A model generated the notes under the pieces. That model was not told the DNA's origin, did not search any database, and saw only the letters and a program-made list of their open reading frames with translations. From assembly GCA_028707535.1 (NCBI GenBank), contig JAQWAU010000001.1:68514-132513 (forward strand): a stretch of 64,000 bases of DNA, given 5' to 3'. Position 1 is the stretch's first letter, and each line of letters opens with the position of its first letter. Source of the DNA: Heliobacteriaceae bacterium (GTDB lineage Bacteria > Bacillota > Desulfitobacteriia > Heliobacteriales > Heliobacteriaceae). Shown in pieces: positions 45,292 through 55,145 of this stretch. A program made the position numbers and the translations under genes.

Positions 45292-46896
45292 CTACTTAGC
45301 CTTACTCTGGCCTGTGAAGCGGTTAAGCAATGTTTGCTTGACCAAATTTAACTCTTCCATGTTTAGCCTACTGGTCAACCAGGCGTAAAGCCCCACCCCG
45401 GCCAACACACAACCGGCTAATAGCCCCATCTGACCCAGCAGAGTAGTGGTATCCAATAATTCCGCCAGTAAATCGCGCAGACCAGCGACAACCAAGCCCA
45501 TCACACCGGCGGCTCCTGCCATTTTGGCGACCGAAACCGCTAACCGCCTCCCGTCAATCGAGTGCAAGACCTTTTTGACCAGCACAATATACAGGCTAAA
45601 AGCAATAATTGCGCTTAAGGAAAAAGCCAAGGCCAGCCCCTCGGCGCCTAAATACCGGATCAATAACAAGCTGGCGGCTGTGTTGACGAGTAAAACCAGC
45701 CCGCTAACCCGCACCGGGACATGTGGCCGCTGCAAAGCGTAAAACACCCGGGGCAGCAACTGATTAGCCCCTTGCGCAAATAAGCCGAACATAAAAAATA
45801 ATAAAACCGAAGCGGTTGCCAAGGTAGCAGTGTGGTCAAACTTGCCGTGTTCAAACAATACCTGAACAATCGGCACCCGTAAAACGGCCATCCCTACCGC
45901 CGCCGGCACCATAATAAAGAGCACGCTCCGCAAACCCAACGACAAACTTTGCCGGAATTCGGTCCACTCTTTGCGGGCTGCACATCTGGTCAATGTGGGA
46001 AACACGGCCACCGCAACGGCAATCGCAAATACTCCCAACGGCAGCTGCATCAACCGGTTGGCGAAGCGCAAGGCGGTTATTGACCCCGCGGCCAGACCTG
46101 ACGCCAGGTTCTGGTTGATGATTTCCTGGATCTGCCCCAATGACAAACCCAACAAAGCCGGAATCATGAGCGTGGCAATCCGGCGCACCCCCGGATGCGC
46201 TAGTTGCAAGGTAAATTGGTACTTAAATCCGCTCCTAAGCAGAACTGGTACTTGGACCAAGAAGTTCGCCAGAGCACCGAAAACAACCCCGATCGAAAAA
46301 GCGGCAATCCCCAACTGTTCGGGTAACAACAGACCACAGGCAATGATCACTATATTATAAAGAACCGACCCTACCGCCGGCATTAAAAAATGTTGGTAGG
46401 AATTTAAAATGCCCATTGACAACCCGGCCAACCCGGTAAACAACACCGAAGGAAACATGATACGCGTCAAATAAATAGCCTGAGCGAGGGTTTCTCCCTT
46501 AAAATCATAAGCAACCAAAGGCATCAGGTAAGGGGTAAATATCTCTCCTAACACGATCCCACACCCGAGCAAAAATAGCATGATGTTAACGAAAGTAGAA
46601 GCAACTACCCAGCCTTCTTCTTCCCGGTTGGTAGCCACAAATGAAGAAAAGACCGGGATAAAAGCTGCCGACAATGCCCCGCCAACCAGCAGAAAGTATA
46701 AGAAATCCGGTAGGGTAAAGGCGGCAATATAGGCATCGGTAATTTCGTTTTGACCAAACTTCGCACCAATTACCGCTTCACGGACAAAACCCAAAAGCCG
46801 GGAAATGAGCATAGCGAGCATGATTGAACCGGCTGCCCGGGCAATCCGTTCCCCATTTGACCCACCCGGTTTTTTTATCTGGGTACCGTTACTCAT
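45292..46896 (-). CDS. murJ: lipid II flippase MurJ (MviN family)
   Basis: ...SRLLGFVREAVIGAKFGQNEITDAYIAAFTLPDFLY... N-terminus and about 14 hydrophobic helices. Confidence 0.9.
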   Translation of the reverse strand: MSNGTQIKKPGGSNGERIARAAGSIMLAMLISRLLGFVREAVIGAKFGQNEITDAYIAAFTLPDFLYFLLVGGALSAAFIPVFSSFVATNREEEGWVVASTFVNIMLFLLGCGIVLGEIFTPYLMPLVAYDFKGETLAQAIYLTRIMFPSVLFTGLAGLSMGILNSYQHFLMPAVGSVLYNIVIIACGLLLPEQLGIAAFSIGVVFGALANFLVQVPVLLRSGFKYQFTLQLAHPGVRRIATLMIPALLGLSLGQIQEIINQNLASGLAAGSITALRFANRLMQLPLGVFAIAVAVAVFPTLTRCAARKEWTEFRQSLSLGLRSVLFIMVPAAVGMAVLRVPIVQVLFEHGKFDHTATLATASVLLFFMFGLFAQGANQLLPRVFYALQRPHVPVRVSGLVLLVNTAASLLLIRYLGAEGLALAFSLSAIIAFSLYIVLVKKVLHSIDGRRLAVSVAKMAGAAGVMGLVVAGLRDLLAELLDTTTLLGQMGLLAGCVLAGVGLYAWLTSRLNMEELNLVKQTLLNRFTGQSKAK

Positions 46897-46993
46897 CTCC
46901 TCATCTACCCTTCAAACAATACAAAGCCATTTTATCATAACCGACCGGGGAAAAAAGAAAAACCCCCGTCTGGCTTGACGAAGGTCTTCCCGC

Positions 46994-48100
46994 TTATAGC
47001 CGTTTATTCGGCTGGTTATCTCCCTGGAATTGTTTCAATACCTCCCCCACAGCATCGGCAAGCAAGTCAGCCGCCCCTAAAGCCTCCGTGGTCGAATTTC
47101 GGTCATTACCGATTTCAATTAATAACGCCTGTGGGTGCAGTTGTTGATGGTACCGTCCCTCCTTAGTTACTACACCTTTGCAAACTCCAGGATAAAGTTC
47201 CTCTAGTTTGGCCGCCAGGGTTTCCGCAAACTGCAGGTTTAGCCGCCAGTTCGGGTGGGATGCCCGGGTATTAGTACCGACAACAAACAAAATGCGCGCT
47301 ACTTTGCGTCCCCGGATGGTTACGGTTTCCCGGGCCGGTCCGGCATCCCGGTGCAGATCAAAAACCGCCAACACCCGGGGATAACGGCCAAGCATCGCTT
47401 GTACGGTTTTTTGGGAACGGCTGTAGGCATCATCATAGGTAGGAAAATCATGAATTGTATCCGCTTGCACCACTTGAACGGCGTGTTGTGAGATTAACCG
47501 TTCCCCAAAACACCGGCCGACGGTAAACACCCCACCGTTTTTACCCTCCAACCGCGAAGTTTTATCTGTTGCCGCATAAGTTTCAGCACTGTGGGTATGG
47601 TAAACTAACACTACCGGGTGCCCATCACTATCCCCGCCGGAAACCGGGGCTGGCGGCAAGATATCTTCTCGGGGATCCTCCCGCAGGATATCGATCTCGG
47701 GAAAATCGTCACCCTCCATTTCAACTGCCACCGGTAGTGTTTTACGATTATAAAGCTGCCCCAGGTCGCCGAAGACCGGTATTTGGTTCCCCAGCAGATA
47801 GTTAATGCTTTTAACCCCGATGTCGCCAAGCCAAACTCCCGGCAACTCAACTGCCGGAACGGCTGAACCATCCATCTCTGTTGGGGTTTGATTAACCGGT
47901 GTTTCTTCCGGTGGTTCGAACCAAAGTACCGGTAAGGCGGTTTTTAATACGTTTCCCGGTGGAAACCAGGTCCAAACGCCACCCGCAATTACTTGCCGGG
48001 TAATCAGTCCAACGGCTAGCAAAAATAATAAAACCCAAGGCCAATGATTAAACCGGCGGCTAGATTGCCGGCCCCAAGGGTTTGTCCTTCTGAATAGCAA
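46994..48100 (-). CDS. spoIIP: stage II sporulation protein P
   Basis: An N-terminal TM segment. ...VLVYHTHSAETY... and ...AVFDLHRD... blocks typical of the SpoIIP amidase family. Its position beside lepA is as in Bacillus. Confidence 0.8.
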   Translation of the reverse strand: MLFRRTNPWGRQSSRRFNHWPWVLLFLLAVGLITRQVIAGGVWTWFPPGNVLKTALPVLWFEPPEETPVNQTPTEMDGSAVPAVELPGVWLGDIGVKSINYLLGNQIPVFGDLGQLYNRKTLPVAVEMEGDDFPEIDILREDPREDILPPAPVSGGDSDGHPVVLVYHTHSAETYAATDKTSRLEGKNGGVFTVGRCFGERLISQHAVQVVQADTIHDFPTYDDAYSRSQKTVQAMLGRYPRVLAVFDLHRDAGPARETVTIRGRKVARILFVVGTNTRASHPNWRLNLQFAETLAAKLEELYPGVCKGVVTKEGRYHQQLHPQALLIEIGNDRNSTTEALGAADLLADAVGEVLKQFQGDNQPNKRL

Positions 48101-48180
48101 AAAACAACCCCCTTCCTCCCCATATCAATGGGTATGTCGGGGGTTGCCGGGCTATAACCTGGTTGTTGTTTTTTCGCCGT

Positions 48181-48540
48181 TTACTCTTTCCGGCCGCTTA
48201 AGGCCCGGGGAGTCAACGGGGTAGGCACAACGGCATCAACGATCCCAATAACTAATGCCGCCAGTAAAGCACCAACGACACCAACTCGAATCGCACCCGG
48301 AACCAACAACTGACTAAGCCAAATGACAGCGGCAGAAATCACGAATCCGATAATGCCCCGACGGGTTCCCGAGAGGTTGTAATCACCAAAAATAGCCTCC
48401 GCCGCATAACCAAGTAAAGCAATAACCAGGGCGGCAATAATGGCACCTGAAAAACCGTTGATCACGAAATCAGGAATTATCCAGCTGGCAACCAGCAAGA
48501 CCACAGCCGAAACAATAAAACGCACAATAAAGCTTACCAT
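48181..48540 (-). CDS. four-helix small membrane protein (DUF360 / phage-holin-4-like family)
   Basis: The start is taken at ATG 48540 behind AAAAGGAGGGAAAAAGG. MVSFIVRFIVSAVVLLVASWIIPDF...; four hydrophobic segments. Confidence 0.6.
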   Translation of the reverse strand: MVSFIVRFIVSAVVLLVASWIIPDFVINGFSGAIIAALVIALLGYAAEAIFGDYNLSGTRRGIIGFVISAAVIWLSQLLVPGAIRVGVVGALLAALVIGIVDAVVPTPLTPRALSGRKE

Positions 48541-48687
48541 CGATGTCCTTTTTCCCTCCTTTTTACAATTTTCATCTATAGCTTTGCCAACCGGATCGCA
48601 AAACATACGCAAATTAAAACTATTACCTTGCATCTGTTCCCGCATCGTGGTAAAATAGCCAATGTTAAACGGCAAGGAGGTGAGGGT

Positions 48688-48954
48688 GTGCCCAACATTA
48701 AGTCATCAATGAAACGAGTCAAGATTATTCGGGAGCGGACACTACGCAACGCCTCGGCGCGCTCGGCCTTACGAACCGCTGTCAAATGCTTTGAAACTGC
48801 CTTGGCTGCCGCCGACGTCGAAAAGATGAAGACGGCTTTAGTCAATGCTATCCAGGCTTTAGACAAAGCAGCCGGCAAAGGCTTAATTCATAAAAACATG
48901 GCTGCACGCAAAAAGTCGCGCCTGACTAAGAAATTCAATAATTTTTCGGCTTAA
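48688..48954 (+). CDS. rpsT: 30S ribosomal protein S20
   Basis: GTG start behind AAGGAGGTGAGG. (M)PNIKSSMKRVKIIRERTLRNASARSALRTAVK... is a canonical S20 sequence. Confidence 0.9.
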   Translation: MPNIKSSMKRVKIIRERTLRNASARSALRTAVKCFETALAAADVEKMKTALVNAIQALDKAAGKGLIHKNMAARKKSRLTKKFNNFSA

Positions 48955-48958
48955 ATCA

Positions 48959-48994
48959 AATGCCCTTCCAACTATGGAAGGGCATTATTCTTTT
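48959..48994. terminator. hairpin terminator shared by convergent rpsT and holA
   Basis: An 11-bp stem aatgcccttcc/ggaagggcatt is followed by a T-tract on the plus strand. It overlaps the holA stop codon. Confidence 0.75.
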
Positions 48995-50058
48995 GGTTCC
49001 GGTACCCCAGTTAAGAGACATAACTCCAAAGCCATTTTCGCCTCGGCAGTTCCGGTCTTAATTGCTTGGTCGGCTTCGGCCAGGCGGTGATACAAACGAC
49101 GAAGTTCAGTAGGGGGAAACCGACGGGCTTGACGGGTTAATTCCCGTACCACTCCCGGTGGTAAATTTCTACCCCCAATGCCCAAACGATTTAACTCGCT
49201 AGCCCAGGTGTTTTCCCGCAAGCCCTGGGCTTGAAAATCCTGAAGAGACAGCAGCAACCGGACTTGGCGTAAAAGTAAAAACAATAGCAATACAGGGTGT
49301 TCACCAGCCTGGAACAAATCACGAGCGATTCCGAGAGCATCGTTAACCCGCTGTTCACCCAATGCCTCACAAAGCTTGAAGATGTTTTCCTCCGGTTTTT
49401 CGGGTACCAAGCGTCTGACCCGCTCCACCGTAACCCGCCGCCGTGGCGAAGGCACACCGAGAAACGTGTACAGTTTCTCCAATTCAATCGCTATCCGGCC
49501 AGGATCATTACCAACCCGTTGCAACAATAATTCCATGGCCCCTGGATCAATGGGCAAACCCATTGCCCTAGCTTTTCGCCCTGCCCAGGTTCTCAGGGCC
49601 GACAGGGATAACCGTTTTATTTCTATGTGTGGCCCGGCTTTAACGATCGCCTTATAAAACCGTTTCCGCTTGTCCACACCAGCCGGCGAATAAAAAACCA
49701 AACAAGTTGTCGGGCAAGGAACTTGAAAATAGGCTAATAAAGCCGTCTCCGCCCCATCACTGCCCAAAGGGGTTTTGCCAGCCGATGCCCGGGATGAACG
49801 CAACCCGGCAAAGTCCCGCACCAGAACCAGCCGTTTTTCCCCTAACAATGGTGGTGTCTGTGCTAGATCCGCAATTATGTTGGGCGGGGTATCCCCCGCT
49901 AAGTTTTCTGTATTAAACAGCCCCCCCGGCGAGGCTTGAAAATACCGGGTCAAGTCGGAAACAAGTTCCTGCATCAAATAGGGTTCTTCACCAGTAATGA
50001 GGTATACCGCAGCCAACGAACCCTCGGTGATACTTGTTTTAATTTCAAAATAGTCCAT
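48985..50058 (-). CDS. holA: DNA polymerase III delta subunit
   Basis: ...AAVYLITGEEPYLMQE... N-terminus, size of 357 aa, and conserved position next to rpsT and comEC. Confidence 0.85.
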   Translation of the reverse strand: MDYFEIKTSITEGSLAAVYLITGEEPYLMQELVSDLTRYFQASPGGLFNTENLAGDTPPNIIADLAQTPPLLGEKRLVLVRDFAGLRSSRASAGKTPLGSDGAETALLAYFQVPCPTTCLVFYSPAGVDKRKRFYKAIVKAGPHIEIKRLSLSALRTWAGRKARAMGLPIDPGAMELLLQRVGNDPGRIAIELEKLYTFLGVPSPRRRVTVERVRRLVPEKPEENIFKLCEALGEQRVNDALGIARDLFQAGEHPVLLLFLLLRQVRLLLSLQDFQAQGLRENTWASELNRLGIGGRNLPPGVVRELTRQARRFPPTELRRLYHRLAEADQAIKTGTAEAKMALELCLLTGVPEPKE

Positions 50059-50134
50059 CTCGACCCCGCCTTTCCCCCGTAACCGGTGGACACAATCATC
50101 ATTATTATATATTACCTAGCCCCGGTGCTACCAG

Positions 50135-51319
50135 GTGGTGATTTTATTGACGGTTAGCTGGGAACAGCTTGCCGGGCTTTTATCCCGGGAATATGGTTTG
50201 CAGGTTTTTAGCATCCACCACTTAGCCCCCGTATACCGGGTAAAAACACCGGCTGGACCTTTATGCCTAAAATTTACCGATAAAAAGGAAAACCATTTGG
50301 CTTTTATGTGTTTAGCCATGGCCCGCTTGAATAAGCAAGGCTTTACCAAATCCCCTACGGTGCTTGCGACCCGCAATGGGAAACTATACACCCGATTTCA
50401 GAACCATTGGTGCTTTCTCACCAACTGGGCCGGCGACACCCCTTGCGATTTTCGCCGGCCCAGTCACCTTGACGCCGCCACCGCTACTTTGGCGGAGTTC
50501 CACCAGTACGCCCAAGGGCTGGAAGTACCGGTTTCCGTACGCCGGCGGCCATATTGGCTGCGTTGGCCGCAAGTAATTGCCCGGCGCATCCGGGATTTGG
50601 AAGCTTACAAACAACAGGTTGTCACCGGGTTTATTCCCGGCCTACCCGGGGACTTCCTGCACCTGTTAGCTGAACAAATCAATGCCGCCAAAAAGTCCTT
50701 GGCCATTTTAGAAAAATCACGATACAACCACCTGGCCCTTCAAGCATGCAATACAAAAACCTTTATCCACCGGGATGTCGCCGCCCGCAACTTTGTGCTT
50801 AATTATGCCGGCCAAGCCGGGCTAATCGACTTTGATTACTGCCGGTGGGATTTACCTCTGATTGACCTGACCCGTCTCTTAGACCGGACCTTGCGCCGAC
50901 ACCGCTGGTCCTTAGGGTTAGCCCAACACATTCTGTCCGTATATGATGCGGTAAACCCCCTTAACCCTGCCGAATATCCGGTGTTACTTGCCTTCCTCCA
51001 GTTCCCCCAGAAGTTCTGGCGGCTTTGCCAACGCTATTTCGCCAACCCGCAACCATTAGCCCCAGGGGTATTTATCCGATCGATCCGGGACTTAACGCGG
51101 GATCTACCGGCCCGGACCCGGTTCCTCCACAATTTGGCCACCGAGTATTGCTGGGGTTTTGTAAACCAGTTTAATTTTCCCACTCTGCCCGTTTCGCCGG
51201 CAACCACTTCCGTGCCTGCCCGTCTGGGCATACCATACCAGTTATCCCTCTACCACCAGACCTATCAAGAAATATTAACCAAGGATTGTTTTAGCTCTTC
51301 TCCCAAATTAAAGGATTAA
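50135..51319 (+). CDS. CotS/aminoglycoside-phosphotransferase-fold kinase-like protein
   Basis: A kinase-fold catalytic loop FIHRDVAARNFVL is followed by LIDFDYC, in an arrangement like the CotS family. The start is GTG. Confidence 0.7.
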   Translation: MVILLTVSWEQLAGLLSREYGLQVFSIHHLAPVYRVKTPAGPLCLKFTDKKENHLAFMCLAMARLNKQGFTKSPTVLATRNGKLYTRFQNHWCFLTNWAGDTPCDFRRPSHLDAATATLAEFHQYAQGLEVPVSVRRRPYWLRWPQVIARRIRDLEAYKQQVVTGFIPGLPGDFLHLLAEQINAAKKSLAILEKSRYNHLALQACNTKTFIHRDVAARNFVLNYAGQAGLIDFDYCRWDLPLIDLTRLLDRTLRRHRWSLGLAQHILSVYDAVNPLNPAEYPVLLAFLQFPQKFWRLCQRYFANPQPLAPGVFIRSIRDLTRDLPARTRFLHNLATEYCWGFVNQFNFPTLPVSPATTSVPARLGIPYQLSLYHQTYQEILTKDCFSSSPKLKD

Positions 51320-51356
51320 TTGGTAGCTGTGCCGAAAAAACCACCGGGGTGAGGTC

Positions 51357-53900
51357 ATGCAACGGCCGTTGGTGGTTTTTGTCTGTTTACTGGGCGCCGG
51401 AATCGCCGGAGGACTGTTCCACCGGGAAACGATCCGCTATCCTTTCCCTGGGGAAAACCTGACCCTGGGACTGGTTTTGTTAATAATTACCGTGCTTCTC
51501 TTTTGGCTTGGTGACCGGCGCCTGTTTGCCCTGGCTGCCAAGACCGCCGTACCGGGCACCCGGCCAAAACCATACCGTTGGTTATTATACACTGCGGTAT
51601 TCATCTGTGGCTGGTACTACGCTTTTGCCGTTTCCCAGCCCTACTCTTTTTTGTACCCCCAAAACGGTCAACAAGTAACCTTGGCGGGTAAGGCGGAACA
51701 GATATCGCGGGAGCCTAACCGTTTATTCCTGGACCTCTGCCTGGACAACAACGAAAAAATCCGGGTGAAGTATTACGGCCCCTACCTGGAAGCCTTGCCG
51801 CAACTACAGCAACGCGTACAAGTCACCGGCCAAGTACGCATCCCTAATCTTCGCCAAAACCCCGGGGAATTCGATTACCAGGGTTATTTATGGCGGCAAG
51901 GAATCGGCATTGAATTGTTTACCGACCGCCCCGAACAAATCCGTTTGCTTCCACCCCCTGCCGGAAACATGGCCTGGCTTGCTGCCATCACAAACACTGC
52001 CGCCGGTCTGCGGCACAAGATGGAAAACTTCATCGCCCAAACCCTACCTGCTTCCACGGCTGCGGTAATCAACGGCATTGTTTTCGGTGGCCAAACCAAC
52101 CTGACGGCTGAAGACCGGGAAACCTTCCGGATAACCGGAGTTGCGCACGCCTTTGCGGTTTCCGGGGCCAATGTCGGGATCATCGCTGCAAGTGTCTTGT
52201 TTCTGCTAAACGCCGGTAGGCGGCGCTCCCTAACTGGTTGGCCCGGCATCGCCCTCACCGTAAGCGTAGTTTTTTTCTATGGTTTGATGACCGGCTTTCC
52301 CCCGTCTGTCCAGCGGGCTGTCTTAATGACCACCGGCGGTCTTGTCGCCTTCGGCCTACAACGGCGGGTCGATCCACCTACCTTGTTGGCCGCCGCTGCC
52401 TTGCCGCTTTTGTTGGTGAATCCGCTGACCCTGGCTGATGCCGGATTCCAATTATCTTTTGGGGCCACCGGTGGGATTATTTATTTTCTACCCGCTTTTC
52501 AGCATTGGTGGCACCACCGGCCGTTCGCCCGGCAGGGCCGCAAGGAGCGCCTCATTTACCTGGCCGTTGGTACCCTCGCCGCCTCACTGGCTGCCCAGTT
52601 GGCTGTCGGGCCTTTAATTGCCCATTATTTTAACCTCGCCACCCCAGCCGGTTTGCTCGCCAACCTGGGTGGGGGAATCATGATCGGTGCGGTGACTATT
52701 CTTGGGTTTGCCGCTATTTTTCTGCTGCTCATCTGGTCGCCGGCAGCTACCGGCTTAATTTGGGCGGCCGGTTGGCTGGTAGAGCACTTGGTGGCTTTCC
52801 TGCACTTCTTGGCCGGTTTACCGGGAGCAGCTTTTACGGTAGCCACCCCTTCCCCTCTGTTGATTTTAACCACCTACATTGTCTACATTCTGTGGCGCGA
52901 ATCTGTCACCGGCCACCTCAGTCCCCGGTTCCGGGCGTATCTGGGCCACGCCGGCCTGGTATCGGGCAGCATCCTGTTCCTGATCTTCGTTGCCCGGCCT
53001 TTATTCATCCCACCCCCACTCCAGGTTACCTTTGTTAATGTCGGGCAGGGTGACTGCACATTGCTCCGCATGCCTAACGGACGACACGTCTTGATCGACG
53101 CTCCGGGGCCAGTTCTTTGGTCCGGCAATCAAAGCAAAACCTTGGGCCTGACCGGTACTTCCCCACCGGTAACCGGCTGGCAGGCCACCACCGTTCGTCC
53201 CCCTTTTGACCCCGGTGAAAAAATTGTCGGTCCCCTACTTAACCGCTTTGGCATCACCCACCTTGATGTCGTTGTCAACACCCATGCCGATCAGGACCAT
53301 ATCGGGGGCTTGCTTTACCTTTTGCAAACCTTCCCGGTTGATCAACTGGTCCTATCCCCACCACCGAAACCAACAAAGGTCTACCAACAATGCAAACAAT
53401 TGGCCACCTCCCGGCAAATCGCCATTCAGGAATCACCACCACTGAAAATGAACCTTAGTCCTGATCCCACGGTGTCTTTGGAAGTACTGCATCCGGACCC
53501 CAACCATCCGCTGCCGGCAATCAATGATACGTCGATCGTGCTCCGGCTACGTTACGGTTCGTTCACCGCGCTTTTTACCGGTGATATCGCCAACCCGGCC
53601 CAAGCCGCCCTGGTTGATCAGGCCGCCAAATCTCCGGGATACTTACGGGCAGATGTCGTAAAAGTCCCCCATCATGGTAGCCCTACTTCCTGTGATCCAG
53701 CCTTCCTCGCGGCGATAAACCACCCCACCTTGGCGGTAATTTCCGTTGGCCCGAATAGTTTCGGTCACCCTTCCCCCCGAGTAATCCAGGCTTGGACTAC
53801 CCTGGGGACCAAAGTATTACGTACCGACCGGTATGGCGCCGTAACGATTAAAACCAACGGCTATTCCCAGCAAGTTGAAACCGTCTGCCGTGACCCCTAG
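51357..53900 (+). CDS. comEC: DNA internalization competence protein ComEC/Rec2
   Basis: A multi-TM competence domain plus a C-terminal metallo-beta-lactamase domain (VNVGQGDCTLL...NTHADQDHIGG...VPHHGS). Confidence 0.9.
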   Translation: MQRPLVVFVCLLGAGIAGGLFHRETIRYPFPGENLTLGLVLLIITVLLFWLGDRRLFALAAKTAVPGTRPKPYRWLLYTAVFICGWYYAFAVSQPYSFLYPQNGQQVTLAGKAEQISREPNRLFLDLCLDNNEKIRVKYYGPYLEALPQLQQRVQVTGQVRIPNLRQNPGEFDYQGYLWRQGIGIELFTDRPEQIRLLPPPAGNMAWLAAITNTAAGLRHKMENFIAQTLPASTAAVINGIVFGGQTNLTAEDRETFRITGVAHAFAVSGANVGIIAASVLFLLNAGRRRSLTGWPGIALTVSVVFFYGLMTGFPPSVQRAVLMTTGGLVAFGLQRRVDPPTLLAAAALPLLLVNPLTLADAGFQLSFGATGGIIYFLPAFQHWWHHRPFARQGRKERLIYLAVGTLAASLAAQLAVGPLIAHYFNLATPAGLLANLGGGIMIGAVTILGFAAIFLLLIWSPAATGLIWAAGWLVEHLVAFLHFLAGLPGAAFTVATPSPLLILTTYIVYILWRESVTGHLSPRFRAYLGHAGLVSGSILFLIFVARPLFIPPPLQVTFVNVGQGDCTLLRMPNGRHVLIDAPGPVLWSGNQSKTLGLTGTSPPVTGWQATTVRPPFDPGEKIVGPLLNRFGITHLDVVVNTHADQDHIGGLLYLLQTFPVDQLVLSPPPKPTKVYQQCKQLATSRQIAIQESPPLKMNLSPDPTVSLEVLHPDPNHPLPAINDTSIVLRLRYGSFTALFTGDIANPAQAALVDQAAKSPGYLRADVVKVPHHGSPTSCDPAFLAAINHPTLAVISVGPNSFGHPSPRVIQAWTTLGTKVLRTDRYGAVTIKTNGYSQQVETVCRDP

Positions 53901-54664
53901 TTAACCACACAAATCTCCTCTTTTAAGGCCGCAAACTTTTTTTCCCCGATCCCGGAAACTTGTTGAATATCTTCAATCCGCTGAAACGGCTTTGTTGCCC
54001 GGTAATCAATAATTCGCTGCGCCAACGCCGGGCCGATCCCGGGCAAAGTATCCAGTTCGGCCACATCCGCCGTATTAATGTTTACCAACCCGGATTGCCC
54101 ACCCGGCGTTGAAGACCCTACTACCATCCCGGCAACAGGTTTGCTCCCTTGATAACGAGGCGGGCTAGCCCCCGTTATTGTCGGCATCGTCCAATCCGGG
54201 CTGTCACTGCCTTCCCTTCGGATTACCGGCACTACCAGTTTTTGACCGTCCACCAGTACCGCTGCCCGGTTTAACGCTTCACCATCCGCCTCAGCGGTGA
54301 TTTCCGCCCGGACCAACGCATCCTCCACCCGGCTACCGGTAACCAGCCGGTAAACCCCGGGTTTATTTACGGCCCCGGTAACATGAACTACAATCTCCGG
54401 CGCCGAAGCAGTTTCAGTTGCCCCATCCACCGGTCCGACCAGTTGCCCGGCAACCTGGCCGGCAGTATAATGCCGCACACCCTGGACAACCATGCTCAGC
54501 AAAACCACCAGCAACAGACCACCCAGGATGTAGTACGTGTGTCGGTTGTTTCTCAACTTTTTCCCCCCACAACAAAAGCATTTTTTGGCTATATTCGCCA
54601 TGTCCGGGGGTTTTCCTGCTGTTTCCTGTAAGTTAGTGCCACGGTTGCCCTGATTTTGGGACAA
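53897..54664 (-). CDS. comEA: competence protein ComEA (SLBB plus helix-hairpin-helix DNA receptor)
   Basis: The SLBB-like block VHVTGAVNKPGVYRL and the C-terminal tandem HhH INTADVAELDTLPGIGPALAQRII...VSGIGEKKF are present. The TTG start at 54664 lies behind ACGGAGGA. Confidence 0.85.
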   Translation of the reverse strand: MSQNQGNRGTNLQETAGKPPDMANIAKKCFCCGGKKLRNNRHTYYILGGLLLVVLLSMVVQGVRHYTAGQVAGQLVGPVDGATETASAPEIVVHVTGAVNKPGVYRLVTGSRVEDALVRAEITAEADGEALNRAAVLVDGQKLVVPVIRREGSDSPDWTMPTITGASPPRYQGSKPVAGMVVGSSTPGGQSGLVNINTADVAELDTLPGIGPALAQRIIDYRATKPFQRIEDIQQVSGIGEKKFAALKEEICVVN

Positions 54665-54721
54665 AAAAATGTCCTCCGTTTTAAACCTACCAGGCTAAAA
54701 GGGGGGACAGGTTATCTTTTA

Positions 54722-55051
54722 TTAACGGGTTTGGCGCAAATGCCCGGTGCGTTCGTCAAGCATAAGAATGTCCCGGAACGCAGCGGCAACCTCTGTACGC
54801 AATTCGACGATGTCTTTTCGGATCGCTCCTTGGCCTTTTTCTATTTTTGCTTGCCCGTTTTTGAGCACTTGTTGCCCGAGTTTAAGTCCTTCGATTTCGT
54901 GCCGGAGTTCACCTTGGCCTTGTTCCAAAGCCCTTTGGCCTTGTTCCAAGCGGTCCAAACGGCCGTTAACCTGCCGGAGTTCGTCACTAATCGGCTTGAC
55001 CGCATCCTGCACCACAGTTTGCAGCATTGCCCGTAATTCCCTGTTTGGCAT
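54722..55051 (-). CDS. small coiled-coil protein with about 8 consecutive Gly/Gln-containing heptads
   Basis: A strong SD (GGTGAGGAGGAA) precedes the start. The translation reads ...LDRLEQGQRALEQGQGELRHEIEGLKLGQQVLKNGQAKIEKGQGAIRKDIVELRTE.... A 21-nt tandem DNA duplication (54914-54928 and 54935-49) underlies two of the heptads. Confidence 0.55.
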   Translation of the reverse strand: MPNRELRAMLQTVVQDAVKPISDELRQVNGRLDRLEQGQRALEQGQGELRHEIEGLKLGQQVLKNGQAKIEKGQGAIRKDIVELRTEVAAAFRDILMLDERTGHLRQTR

Positions 55052-55145
55052 AATTCCGGATTCCTCCTCACCGGGGAATGGTTATACATATTCGCGGTTC
55101 GGCGGAAAGTACCTGCCGGAATTTTTGTGAGATGGAAATTTTCGT

